Shown piece after piece: positions 26,053 to 39,385 of a stretch of DNA of 64,000 bases; within the stretch, counting starts at the first letter, position 1, and each line of letters begins with the position of its first letter. Where the stretch lies: positions 38,254,001 through 38,318,000 of the forward strand of contig NC_091977.1 of assembly GCF_044704955.1 (NCBI RefSeq). Reading direction: 5' to 3'. The position numbers and the translations under genes were made by a program. The stretch comes from Pristiophorus japonicus. Its lineage: Eukaryota. The notes below the pieces were generated by a model, which worked only from the letters and a program-made list of their open reading frames with translations, made no database searches and was not told the DNA's origin.

Positions 26053-27474
26053 GTTATAGTCAAGTTATAGTGTTACAGATACTGCAACTTTAATTTGCCA
26101 GGAACTAGTGTTAATGATACTCATAATTATGTTCTCTCAATCTGAACAGCACATACCGAGATCAAAAAAAGGGTGATACTTTCAGTTTCTCCGCATGATT
26201 CCTAATTCTATCAACCTTCCCGCTGATACGACTATCAGAAAACACTGTCCTTGGGCCGAGAGCTCAGACTTTATTTGACAAAAATCAATGCCATGATTTT
26301 GGGGCTGTTTCTGTCTGTGGGTTCTGCCAGTTCCTGCAATGATGTCCAGTGAGACTACAGTCAATGTTCCTTTCATTTTAAGATAGGAGGCCACATTGAG
26401 AATTAAAAATAGCATAGTGAATTGCCACTGTTTCTGAGTGAACAAGGGACCATGGGGACCAGAGATAGCATGAGGGGGCTTTGGGTCGGACTGAGGATGA
26501 AGATTCTGTGTGGATATTGTGGAGCCCATGGTTCATTCTTTTTATTTTTGTTTGATCGAATTGCAGATTCTTTGAAGAGACCACTGCTGCAGGCACAGAA
26601 GATCCAAAACACTTGGCTTTCGAAACTAACTGAGGTGGTATTTTGCTTCTGGCGACTACTGCAAATTGTGAGTACTTTTTTTTACTTTTTACTTTATATT
26701 TTTTAAGTCTTCTCTAAGATAATGCCAAATATTATCTATTGTAATGGGTACTGGCGTTCTGTAAAATTACCCACTTCTAATGTTTCTTGCTAAATACATC
26801 AGGCAACTTTGCTTTCAAATCATATGATACTAATGTTCTTTCAGGAAGCCTTGTGTAATTACAATATTTTGGGAAATGAAATGGTCTCAATATAAATTAG
26901 GCCATTTTTTACATTTAATATGAAAGAAATTTGTCGATTTTCTCATGAATGTACTACTGTGGAGTCTGACTGACTGAAACATAACAATCAAAACACTTTA
27001 ATAAGATTTCCGTCCATTTAAACGAGACAGCACTAATGGTCCCAGACATTAATGCTAATTAACCTATGCTGCTGGTCAATTTTTGTGAGGTACAAATAAT
27101 GAATTATCATTGTTTAACTTTTACAATTAAATATGATACTGCCATGTATCAAACAAATTCAGAAACGTTATTATTTTGAATGGAACTTATTGAGGATCAC
27201 GGGAACCAAATAAGCAGAAAATAAAATTAAGATTATAAAATAGATCCGTTAGTTTTCATCATTTCAGAAGAGTAATTCTGCAAATCCCAATTCTACCATC
27301 TCACTGGGGTTTTTTTTGAGTCCAATATCTTGGCATTAATCCACGAGCCCATTTGATGACCTGTGGTGTTGGGGAATATTTCCAAGTGCCTGTCCCAAAC
27401 TGTCGATGCACACATCGATGTCTGAAAGCTTATGGTCAGCAATTGCATAAGTATTTGAATAATCTCAGACTATA

Positions 27475-27924
27475 GTGTCAGCTGTGGCTCAGTGGGTAGC
27501 ATTCGTGCCTCTGAGTCAGAATGGTTGTGGGATCAAGTTCCACTTCAGGGACTTGAGTACAAAACTCTTGGCTGACACTCCAGTGCAGTGCTGAGGGAGT
27601 GCTGCTTTGTCAGAGGTGCCGTCTTTCAGATGATACATTAAGCCGCCCTCGCAGGTGGATGTAAAAGATCCCATGGCACTATTTTTAAGAAGAGCAAGGC
27701 GCGTTATCCCCGGTATCCTGGCCAATATTTATCCTTCAATCAACATAACAAAAATATCTGGTCATTATCACATTTCTGTTTGTGGAAGCTTGCTGTGCAC
27801 AAATTGGTTGCTGTATTTCCTACGTTACAACAGTGACTACATTCAAAAGTGCTTCATAGGCTGTAAAGTGCTTTGTAACGTCTGGTGGTCGTGAAAGGTA
27901 TCAATGTAAGATTTTCTTTCTTTC
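27475..27924 (+). mobile_element. Deu-SINE, full length
   Basis: gtgtcagctgtggctcagtgggtagc... with (TTTC)n tail. Confidence 0.85.
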
Positions 27925-27984
27925 TAAAGTCAAAAGGGGTTGGGATAGAAACCGAACAATGTTTCGAACGCTGAGCACTAAACT

Positions 27985-28075
27985 GAGAATGTGGGAAATA
28001 CATTGCAGATTGCCCAGCATCTCAAAAGAGAAAAGATGGGTTAATATTTCACGTGTAGACTCTTTGTCACAGCAT
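27985..28075 (-). mobile_element. Highly degenerate Penelope-end remnant
   Basis: Colinear similarity to 20635-20725 (ggaaatac...cagcatct...gttaatatttca...tttgtca). Confidence 0.35.
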
Positions 28076-29121
28076 CACAAATTTATGATGCTTTAAAAAA
28101 TGATTGACTGTGCTCTTTTGCAACGAAACCTCTTTTTAATTGCAGCACAACCAAAGGGCAATTCTTGTTCCCAGTTTAAAATAACAGGTTATTGGTTTTC
28201 CTTGGTTCAGTTGATGCTTTTATATAAATAAGCCCAAGGCATATATAGATTGCTGTTTGTGAAGTTTTAATATTGCCGTGATACTTTGATTTCTCCAGCT
28301 TTATCAAGCAATGATGTCTACATAAATACAAATAAAAGTTATCCTTAAACCATCTATGAAACCTCTTATCTAGGTTTATCTGGTTTATGTTGGGATATGG
28401 TGGGCTGCAGTCAAAAAATCAAAGGTGTTCATGCTTCTCTCAACTGAGTTCGGATTGAAAATATCAAGGTGATTATGCAGCATCTGAACGGTTTAATTGC
28501 CTGTGACCACTTTACTCTATGCAGCTGTGTGTCCTTAATTCTGTGTGGCAAAGATATTTTCAGATTGTAATTATTCTGAATAATAATTTTAAAAAACACA
28601 CATGCATCTGCAAAAGTAAAGAAACAAAGATGAAACGACTTGTCATACTGCAAACCAGTTCAACTTCATTCAGCTAAACTCCGAAATTACAACTTTTATT
28701 GGCACAGTACATCAAGCCTAGGGACTCCTAGTTACATCTTTCAAAAATGCTAAGAATTAGAAATGTTCTGCACTGCGTTCTTGACAATTCTACCCATTTA
28801 TAATAAGATTCCCTGTTTCTATTAATTTACCAGCAGTGGGTGTTAGGAATGCTAGCAGGAAAAGTGTTATTGAAGAATCCATTTTATGTTCAGAACTCCA
28901 TTTTGTACTTAAATGACAGTTTTTGCAGTCATGTGATATCTAGAGAATGTCAATAAGACAACCAATTCTGCAAGACTGGTACCAACTACCATCACAAAGA
29001 GATAACCATGTAGAGTGCTAACTTTCCAATCGATATATGTATCTTTTCGACAAAATGTTTACCTTTTCTGTACGTGTAAAGACAGTTTGTGTTATGGGGC
29101 CCATTCTCTGGAATACTGAGT

Positions 29122-30185
29122 TCATAGAATCATAGAATAATAGAATTATACAGCACAGAATGGGGCTATTTGGCCCATCGTATTCGTGCCAGCTCTTTGG
29201 CAGATCTATCCAATTATTCCCACTGCCCTGCTCTTTACTCATAGCCCTGTAAGTTTTTACCCTTCAAGTATTTATCCAATTCCCTTTTGAATGTTAGTAT
29301 TCAATTTCCTTCCTTTCAGGCAGTTTATTCCAGATTACAACAATTTGGTATGTGAACAAATGTTTCCTCATGTCACCTCTGGTTCTTTTACTAATCTGTG
29401 TCCTTTGATTACCAACAGTTTTGTCAATAGAAGCAGTTTCAGCTGTGGCTCAGTGGGTAGCACGCTCACCTCTGAGACAGAAGGTTGTGGGTCCACTCCA
29501 GCAACTTGAGCACATACATCTCGGCTGACACTCCGATGCAGCTGCTTTGTCAGAGGTGCTGTCTTTCAGATGAGATGTTAAACCACCCTCTCAGGTGCAC
29601 GTAAAAGATCCCATGGCACTATCCCCAGAGTCCTGGCCAATATTTATCCCTCAATCAACTTAACAAAAACAGATTATCTGATCATTATCACATTGCTGTT
29701 TGTGGGAGTTTGCTGTGCGCAAGTCGGCTGCCACGTTTCCCATTTTACAACAGTGACTCCACTCCAAAAGTACTTCATTGGATGTAACTCGTCTGGTGGG
29801 CGTGAAAGGCGCGATATAAATGCAAGTCTTTTTTTTTCTTTCTTATTTACTCTATAAAAACCATTTGTCATTTTGAACAACGTTATCAAATCTCCACTTA
29901 ACCTTCTCTGCTTCAAAGAGAACAACCCCAGCTTCTTCAGTCTCTCCACATAACTGATGTTCCTCATCCCTAGTACCATTCTAGTAAATCTCTTCTGCAC
30001 CCTCTCCAAGGCCTTGACATCCTTCCGAAAGTATCGTGCCCAGAATTGAACACACTACTCCAGTGGAAGCCTAAACAGTGTTTTATAAAGGTTTAGCTTC
30101 TTTGCTTTTGTACTCTATTCCTCTCTTAATAAAGCCAAGGATCCCATATGTTTACTTAACAGCCTTCACAACCTGCCCTGCCTTG
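29122..30185 (-). mobile_element. CR1 3' fragment interrupted by a SINE
   Basis: ERVQKRFTRMV...LGLFSLKQRRL; tail catagaatcatagaat. Confidence 0.85.
29436..29842 (+). mobile_element. Deu-SINE inserted in CR1
   Basis: A box, core with small deletions, tail gaaaggcgcgatataaatgcaag. Confidence 0.85.
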
Positions 30186-31019
30186 TTGATATAATTTAGC
30201 ACAAACCAAGAGTGAAGCTCATCGAGGAAGTATGAAATAATGGCTTTTCAGCTGAGGATAAAAAGCGCGACCATTGTAAGGAAGTTAGGGCTACTGCTTT
30301 GAGACTGAACTCAGCAACTGTAATGTGAGGTCTCCCACAGCCTTTGCGTCATTATGTGTGTTATCTGTGAGTATCATTTCCAACAATACAATCTGCAAAT
30401 AAAGACTCTGCATTTAGAACTTTTAGTTCCTGAAACAGAAATAACAGCTCCAGACTTGTGTCTCCAGCAGTATTAATCCACAGTGATAATCAAGTAAAAA
30501 TATTCTTTTTGGAAACACATTCCCAAAATGGAAAAGAAATACGGAATCAAAATATATTAGCTTCTAATAGATCCATCATTCTTTCACAATGGGAGTAGAC
30601 AACAATCCCTTGTCTATTTCGATCGGCTTGTACAATTAGTAGAAACTACAGGATAAATTCAGTTCAGCTATGCCCTGAGGCGAGATTCACCGGGCAACGA
30701 TTGGAAATCGATTCAAATTGAAGGAAAATCAGGTGGGTTTCTTTACAGGTGTGCACTGTGACCCACTCAATTTTCTAATATATGCTGTGGCCTCGCGATC
30801 CAGTGTGTCTGGGCACAGACCCAAGAATGCTTCTCCTATTAAAGGGGCGAACAGATAGGGTAATCGGGTCAAAAGCCCTGGAATCATTGAAGAATCAGAT
30901 GAATGCAGTAAAAGGGGAATGTTGGATCTTTCTGCATGGATGATCTAGGATGAGGCGTGAAAGGCCGTATAAGTCTTGTGATCTCAAATGTTGGACTATA
31001 AAAATAACACATTATATTA

Positions 31020-31340
31020 CAGGGTAGTGGTTATGTTACCAGACTAGTAATCCAGAGGTCTCGACGAATAATCCGTAAGACACGAGTTCAAATCCCACCA
31101 CGCAGCTGGGGAATTTAAATTCAGTTAATTAGATAAATCTGGAATTAACAAGGTAGTGTCAGTAATGGTGACCACGAAACTACCGGATTGTCGTAAAAAC
31201 CCATCTGGTTCACGAATGTCCTTTAGCGAAGGAAATCTGCCATCCTTATCCGGTCTGGCTTATATGTGACTCCAGACCCACAGTAAGGTGGTTGACTCTT
31301 AACTGCCCTCTGAAATGGCCAAGCAAGTCACTCAGTTGTA
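31020..31340 (+). mobile_element. Second tRNA-derived SINE family (tentatively MetaSINE-type)
   Basis: B box GAGTTCAAATCCC (31084); central aaaaacccatctggttcac...gaaggaaatctgcc...gtctggc..atatgtgactccag resembles the Meta domain as recalled. Confidence 0.6.
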
Positions 31341-32687
31341 TGATGAATGAATAACAGAAAATCCACGAACGAACAACAGAAAAAACACAGATCAAGGGCA
31401 ATATAAAAATATATCTCATTAGATGCATGTAGATGAATAAAGTAACTATTCCAGGTATCATTACTGGGATGGGGACAAGAAGGAGGACTGCGTAATTTGA
31501 TGAAAAGAATACTTTACACTTTGGTCAGTAATTTTGCCTCGACTAAAATTTTCAACTTGTGTTCAAGGTTCCTTTTTTTGGCCATTTATTTTGTACATAT
31601 ATTATCAGATCATCCATGGTGTTGCTGATGGTGAATTCAGGATCCACTGTTTTATAACAATGGTTCTGCCTTGTAGAGCCTAACATCAGGCCCACTGATA
31701 GAGAAAAAAACTGGCATTGTTACAGCACCTTACACAATCTCACAATGTCCCAAAGTGCTTTACAGCAAATGAAGTATATTTTGAAGTGTGTTGCTATTGC
31801 AATGGAGGCAGTCAAATTTGTTCTTAATTCCATATTATTTTAGGATTATTTTACCAATACATTTTGAGTTGAATTCTGTAACTCTGTCTATTGTTATGTG
31901 AAAACCATAAATAGCTAGTCATTGTATAATATATCCCAGCCGGGATATTTAAAGGAACCATGGCCACATTGCATTAAGTTGTTATTGCATGTCATTTTGA
32001 AATCTAATGATAAATAGCAGCATAACATGCAACCCACATCAACTTGAGGCAGATGTCTAGCAGATTGGAGCATAGGTTTAGCTACATGAGAGGCTTTGGT
32101 ATTACTGGAAGCAATCCTGGTCTTTGCTAGCACTGGGGGAATGGTACGAGGGTTTGGCAGAGCAAAGTGGAAGTCCAAAGTTTAGAAGCAGAGCAGCAGT
32201 ACTGAGGCTTGGCAGAACTGAGAAACTTTCTAAATTCAACCATTTATTTCTTATTTTGGATAAAGAAAAAAGTAACTTGAATTAGGATGAAGAATGACAC
32301 TGAGGCCAGAATTTTCTGTACCTGAGCGGGTCAGGTGTGGGTGATATGCATGGCAGGTCACGACCCCATTCTTCATTTCACCCCACTCTTGAGATCGGCT
32401 TTCCGTTAATGCCGCCTATTAAGACAGCCCTGCAATTCACCCGGCCCTATTAAATGGTGCAAGTCCAATGACGTGATCGATGATGCGTTTTCAGATGGGA
32501 TATTTAAAGGAGTCATGACCACATTGCATTTGAAGGTTTATCTAGGAATGTGCAGGCACTGCACTGGACCATTGGAGTGTTGGAAAGACTACCAAACATG
32601 ACTGTGCAGAGAGAGGTCTGAACCCAATTCCTCAAATGACTCCCTCCATATGCTTGGCCTACTCAGGGATATCATGAACTATGTCTT

Positions 32688-35339
32688 AGAAACATAGAAA
32701 CATAGAAAATAGGTGCAGGAGTAGGCCATTCGGCCCTGCTAGCCTGCACCGCCATTCAATGAGTTCATGGCTGAACATGCAACTTCAGTACCCCATTCCT
32801 GCTTTCTCGCCATACCCCTTGATCCCCCTAGTAGTAAGGACTTCATCTAACTCCTTTTTGAATATATTTAGTGAATTGGTCTCAACAATTTTCTGTGGTA
32901 GAGAATTCCACAGGTTCACCACTCTCTGGGTGAAGAAATTCCTCCTCATCTCGGTCCTAAATGGCTTACCCCTTATCCTTTGACTGTGACCCCTGGTTCT
33001 GGACTTCCCCAACATTGGGAACATTCTTCCTGCATCTAACCTGTCTAACCCCGTCAGAATTTTAAATGTTTCCATGAGGTCCCCTCTCATTCTTCTGAAC
33101 TCCAGTGAATACAAGCCCAGTTGATCCAGTCTTTCTTGATTGGTCAGTCCCGCCATCCCGGGAATCAGTCTGGTGAACCTTCGCTGCACTTCCTCAATAG
33201 CAAGAATGTCCTTCCTCAGGTTAGGAGACCAAAACTGGACACAATACTCCAGGTGTGGCCTCACCAAGGCCCTGTACAACTGCAGCAACACCTCCCTGCC
33301 CCTGTACTCAAATCCCCTCGCTATGAAGGCCAACATGCCATTTGCTTTCTTAACCGCCTGCTATACCTGCATGCCAACCTTCAATGACTGATGTACCATG
33401 ACACCCAGGTCTCGTTGCACCTCCCCTTTTCCTAATCTGTCACCATTCAGATAATAGTCTGTCTCTCTGTTTTTACCACCAAAGTGGATAACCTCACATT
33501 TATCCACATTATACTTCATCTGCCATGCATTTGCCCACTCACCTAACCTATCCAAGTCACTCTGCAGCCTAATAGCATCCTCCTCGCAGCTCACACTGCC
33601 ACCCAACTTAGTATCATCCGCAAATTTGGAGATACTACATTTAATCCCCTCGTCTAAATCATTAATGTACAGTGTAAAAAGCTGGGGCCCCAGCACAGAA
33701 CCTTGCGGTACCCCATTAGTCACTGCCTGCCATTCTGAAAAGTCCCCATTTACTCCTACTCTTTGCTTCCTGTCTGACAACCAGTTCTCAATCCATGTCA
33801 GCACACTACCCCCAATCCCATGTGCTTTAACTTTGCACATTAATCTCTTGTGTGGGACCTTGTCGAACGCCTTCTGAAAGTCCAAATATACCACATCAAC
33901 TGGTTCTCCCTTGTCCACTCTACTGGAAACATCCTCAAAAAATTCCAGAAGATTTGTCAAGCATGATTTCCCTTTCACAAATCCATGCTGACTTGGACCT
34001 ATCATGCCACCTCTTTCCAAATGCACTGCTATGACATCCTTAATAATTGATTCCATCATTTTACCCACTACCGATGTCAGGCTGACCGGTCTATAATTCC
34101 CTGTTATCTCTCTCCCTCCTTTTTTAAAAAGTGGGGTTACATTGGCTACCCTCCACTCCATAGGAACTGATCCAGAGTCAATGGAATGTTGGAAAATGAC
34201 TGTCAATGCATCCACTATTTCCAAGGCCACCTCCTTAAGTACTCTGGGATGCAGTCCATCAGGCCGTGGGGATTTATCGGCCTTCAATCCCATCAATTTC
34301 CCCAACACAATTTCCCGACTAATAAGGATTTCCCTCAGTTCCTCCTCCTTACAAGACCCTCCAACCCCTTTTATATCCGGAAGGTTGTTTGTGTCCTCCT
34401 TCGTGAATACCGAACCAAAGTACTTGTTCAATTGGTCCGCCATTTCTTTGTTCCCCGTTATGACTTCCCCTGATTCTGACTGCAGGGGACCTACGTTTGT
34501 CTTTACTAACCTTTTTCTCTTTACATATCTATCGAAACTTTTGCAATCCGTCTTAATGTTCCCTGCAAGCTTCTTCTCGTACTCCATTTTCCCTGCCCTA
34601 ATCAAACCCTTTGTCCTCCTCTGCTGAGTTCTAAATTTCTCCCAGTCCCCGGGTTCGCTGCTATTTCTGGCCAATTTGTATGCCACTTCCTTGGCTTTAA
34701 TACTATCCCTGATTTCCCTTGATAGCCACGGTTGAGCCACCTTCCCTTTTTTATTTTTACGCCCGACAGGAATGTACAATTGTTGTAGTTCATCCATGCG
34801 GTCTCTAAATGTCTGCCATTGCCCATCCACAGTCAACCCCTTAAGTATCATTCATCAATCTATCCTAGCCAATTCACGCCTCATACCTTCAAAGTTACCC
34901 TTCTTTAAGTTCTGGACCATGGTCTCTGAATTAACTGTTTCATTCTCCATCCTAATGCAGAATTCCACCATATTATGGTCACTCTTCCCCAAGGGGCCTC
35001 GCACAATGAGATTGCTAATTAATCCTCTCTCATTACACAACACCCAGTCTAAGATGGCCTCCCCGCTAGTTGGTTCGTCGACATATTGGTCTAAAAAACC
35101 ACCCCTTATGCACTGCAGGAAATCCTCCTCCACCGTATTGCTTCCAGTTTGGTTAGCCCAATCTATGTGCATATTAAAGTCACCCATGATAACTGCTGCA
35201 CCTTTATTGCAGCACCCCTAATTTCCTGTTTGATGCCCTCCCCAACATCACTACTACTGTTTGGAGGTCTGTACAAAACTCCCTCTAACATTTTTTGCCC
35301 TTTGGTGTTCTGCAGCTCTACCCATATAGATTCCACATC
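32688..35339 (-). mobile_element. Young 5'-truncated CR1 LINE (2.65 kb)
   Basis: ORFs 34855-35187, 33361-34851 (496 aa, FADD intact) and 32785-33336; tail agaaacatagaaacatag. Confidence 0.95.
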
Positions 35340-36134
35340 AGTGGATAGCCCTTGTCTCTAAGCAGTGAGCTGGCAAGTGTTTTTGACGGTGCGAAGAGCT
35401 GAGGGAGGGTTGACTGGCGCAGGATGAAAGAGCCATGACAGCTGCCAGGGAATTTGGCGCAAACATGCATGATGATTTTCCTATGGTTGCAGACCAGCTG
35501 CACAATGAGGAAGTGGAAGCCATTGCAGTTCACAAACACTCCTGGGTGATGATGGGGTGCCCTGATGCCCACATGTATGCAGTCGATGGCGCCCTGCAGC
35601 CGAGGGAAACCAGCCAGAGTGGCAAAACGGAACACCCACTCAGTAACACTGGCTTCAGCAGTGTCAAAAAGGGCATCGGTGACCTGTGTGATACATCTTT
35701 GTGGGCGGCCGACTGCGAGATGCCGCAAAATGTCTGCAGCAGATCCCTCGAAGGAGCCTGAGTTGAAGACGTTTAGGGCGCACGTGACTTTGGTAGCTAC
35801 CTGGTAAGGCGTGACCACCCACTCCTTTGGACTGCAGGTCTTGTTCCAGCAATCTGTAAATGTCTGCGACGACCTGACATGATAGCCGTAGCCTCCTTTG
35901 GCATTGCTGCTCAGTCATGTTGAGGATGCTTATCCTCTGCCTGTATACCCTGTGTTGGGGGTATCGCCTCTGGCATGGTGCAGTGCTACGCTGATGCCCT
36001 CTGTCCTGTGGAACATCAGGTGGTTGAGGAGAAGGTTGGTGGTGGTGTTGTAGGTGCTGCTGGTGTGCCTGGTGTTGGGGATCATCGTGGTCTGATTCTG
36101 AGGACCAAGGTGAGCCAGTATAGATGGCACCCAT
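35340..36134 (-). pseudogene. HARBI1-like Harbinger DDE transposase, frameshifted
   Basis: RRLRLS; [16 protein letters not shown] (HD>HG), DKGYPL motifs; frameshift ~35810. Confidence 0.85.
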
Positions 36135-36540
36135 ACTCATGTAATAGATGGCAGGTCAAGTAGAACTGAGCAAAGCAATCTGTCAGTGGTGTGATAGATT
36201 CTACCAATGAGGTGACAGTCAATCCGGACTTTGTTGAAAAGACTTGCAACCTCTAAAAAGCTAAATTTGTGCTGACAATGTACTCAGCAACAGCATCTGC
36301 CTGAGGAAAGTGACCAGGTGTCAGGTGGGAGTATTTATTGTACTTTTCATGCTATGCACTAATGAGCTGTATCAATGGCCCTCAACTCCCGCCTTGGGTT
36401 CACAGACTTGATTCCCGAGCTTCGTGATTCCCATGGTCATCCAGGGAAATTTGAAATGTAAGGTTAAAAAGTACCAAATATTTATCTAAATTACCGAAGC
36501 CATTGTTTTCAGTCCCTGCCACAAACTCCGTTCCCTAGCC

Positions 36541-37143
36541 ACACACACACACACACAGACAGACAGATAGAGACACTGACAGAGACACACTGGTGGGGCC
36601 GTCCCAGCACGCTGTTGGAGGACTCCCGTGCTGCAGTAGGTAAGTAGAAAATGTTTTATTTATTGATTTTTTAAATTTTTTTTATTTTTTATTCATTTTT
36701 TTTGATTGATTTATTGGTTGATTTATTGATGTATTTATCATTTATTATTGATGATGGCTCTTTATTTGTAAAACTGAAGTGTTTAATGTTTGTAAACTTC
36801 CCTTTAAACACCCCCCCCCCGCCCCCCCATTCCCTACGCCTAATTTGTAACCTACGCCTGATTTTCTAAAGTGTAGACAAGGTTTTTTCGAACGTACAAA
36901 AATCTTCACTTACTCCATTCTAAGTTAGTTTGGAGTAAGTTTTCACTGCCTAAACTTTGTAAGCAGGCGTAAGTGGCCGGACACGCCCCCTTTTGAAAAA
37001 AAAATTCTGTTCCAAAGTGAAACTGTTCTAACTGACTAGAACTGGAGCAAACTAAATGCCGAGAATTCAAATTTCTAAGATACTCCGTTCTACACCAGTT
37101 GCTCCAAAAAAACAGGAGCAACTCAGGCCGAAGCTTGGCCCCT
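36541..37143. mobile_element. Right half of a Harbinger-type MITE (family of 59124-60365), preceded by (CA)n and a short L2 piece
   Basis: 36625-37143 aligns by eye with 59880-60365; right TIR GAAGCTTGGCCCC. Confidence 0.75.
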
Positions 37144-37152
37144 ATGTTTCCA

Positions 37153-37354
37153 TGTTACGTTTAGAATAACTCAAGACTGCACACCTTCAACTCAAACTGT
37201 TGTGACCTGTGTCTCCTTATTGTAACTCTAGTGTGAGGAGGCAGCATGGTAGACTGCCTTTTATACCCACGGTGTGCAGGTAACCCTTGGGTCTCCCACA
37301 GGTGCGCCCCCTGGTGGCAAGTCTTACACATTGGTAATGTTTACATCCATAACA
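37153..37354 (-). mobile_element. Solo LTR (Gypsy-like)
   Basis: TGTTA...TAACA termini; minus-strand TATAAAAGGC; homologous to 49207-49444; no clear TSD. Confidence 0.65.
37302..37320 (-). promoter_or_regulatory. CTCF consensus motif in solo LTR
   Basis: Minus strand TTGCCACCAGGGGGCGCAC matches CCASYAGRKGGCRS. Confidence 0.55.
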
Positions 37355-38159
37355 GTAACATCACTGGAAGCAGATTCGACTTCGTACCAAAGTTGAACTA
37401 ATGGAGCATAAATTGGCTTCAAGGACTGAACTGATTCTGAAGCTAAGGGATGGGAGCTGACTCCAGGGAGACTCACTTCTTTTCGCTTCAGTGTTGTTAG
37501 GCTTTGACTCATGATTTGCTTGGATTGTCACTTTAACTGCAGCATAGCGCATAGCAAATCTGCTTCACACCGACACTGCATAAGTAGTGCAAGAGCACTC
37601 TGAGGCAAGACGAGAGAATTTATCGGAGTGGGGGAAGGAAATAACTTTGGCTCGAAGAGAAAGAAAGATATTCTGCCACTCGCCATGCTTCATGATATTT
37701 TGGGCACTTCAAATATCTGACATTACCTATCTTAATATTTGTTGTGAAGGTGTACTGAATTGCAGATACCTGCACCTAATTCAGACGGATAAAAGTTAAT
37801 GATTGAAAGCAAGTGTACAGAAGTGGAGACCAAATAATCTCTCATTAGTTGTGATTCAAAGCCATTAATCTGGTCGCAGTATTACATTCCAGGTGCTATA
37901 TAAATGCAAATTGTTGTTTCTGTTCAATTACCATACATTACAAGAACTGGAGCTGGTAGAAAAAGCAAAGACTTTTTGATAAATGCCTAACTTCATAGCA
38001 AAGATGTTTCAGATTTCCTCAAAATATGAAATAAATTATTAGCAGGAATTTAATAAAAATATCAGAGGTGAATGTTAAGTTTTGGGGTTATACTCCAGAT
38101 ATTTGATCAAGTTCAGAGTCTCAGAACACTCCTGTCGGCGAATTTTTACTTGCCATGAT

Positions 38160-39385
38160 CCATTTATTAGAGTTTTTTGAGGATGTAACTCGCAGAGTAG
38201 ATGAAGAGGAACCAGTGGATGTAGTATATTTGGATTTCCAAAAGACATTCGATAAGATGCCACGTAAAAGGTTATTACACAAGATAAGATTTCATGGGAT
38301 TGGAGGTAATGTATTCGCATGGATAGTGGATTGGTAATGGACAGAAAACAGAGAATAGGGACAAACGGATCTTTTTCAAGTTGGCAGACTGTAACAAGTG
38401 TGGTGCCGCAAGGATTAGTGCTGGGGCCTCATGTATTTACAATCTTTATTAATGACCTAGATGAAGGGACTGAATGTAATCTATCCAAGTTTGCTGATGA
38501 TACAAAGCTTGGTGGGACAGTAAGCTATGAGAAGAACACAAAGCATCTGCAAAGAGATATAGATAGATTAAGTGAGTGGGAGGTAAGGTGCAGGTGGAGT
38601 ATAATATTGGGAAATCTGAGGTTATTCACTTTGGTAGGAAGAATAGAAAAATAGAATATTTTTTAAATGGTGACAAACTTGTTGGTGTTCAGAGAGATTT
38701 GGGTGTTCTTGTGCAAGAAACACAGAAAGCTAGCATGCAGGTACAGTAAGCAATGAGCAAGGCAAATGGCATGTTGTCCTTTATTGCAAGGAAGTTGGAG
38801 TATAAGAGTAAGGACGTCTTGCTACAATTGTACAGGGCTTTGGTGAGACCGCACCTGGAGTATTGTGCACAGTTTTGGTCTCCTTAGCTAAGGAAGGATT
38901 CTCTTGCCTTGGAGGCTGTACAACGGAGATTCACTAGATTGATGCCTGGGATGATAGGGCTGTCTTATTGCGTAGAATGGGCCTATACCCTGGGTGTTTG
39001 GAAGAATGTAAGGTGATGTCATTGAAACATGCAAGATTCTGAAGGGGATTGACAGAAGTGGATGGGGAGAGGTTGTTTCTCCTGGATGGAGTATCTGAAA
39101 CCAAAGGTCACAGTCTCAGGATAAGGGGAAGGCCATTTAAGACAGAGTTGAGGAAGAATTTCTTCACTCAGACAGTTGTGAATCTTTGGAATTTTCTGCC
39201 CCAGAGGGCTGTGGCTGCTGAGTTGCTGAATATATTTAAGGCTGAGCTAGATAGATTTTTGGAGTCAAGGGATATGGAGATCGGGCAGGAAAGTGGAGTT
39301 GAGGTCGATGATCAGCCATGATCTTATTGAATGGAGTGGAGTAGGACCTACTCCTGCTCCTATTTCTTATGTTCTTATGTTTTAT
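38160..39385 (+). mobile_element. Degenerate CR1 (RT to tail)
   Basis: LLEFFEDVT...LDFQK, KFADD; tail ttcttatgttcttatg. Confidence 0.9.

Larger units (their letters stand above)
32303..36455 (-). mobile_element. Old, internally deleted PIF/Harbinger transposon split by a CR1 insertion
   Basis: Left end GGCCAGAATTTTC; transposase pseudogene on minus continues across the CR1; possible Myb/SANT start near 32597 (+); right end eroded. Confidence 0.6.

Noticed and set aside
34142-34627. Recurrent antisense ORFs (…CWKMTVNAS…) in several places
   Set aside because: Shadow frames of CR1 ORF2; they recur only because the repeat recurs.
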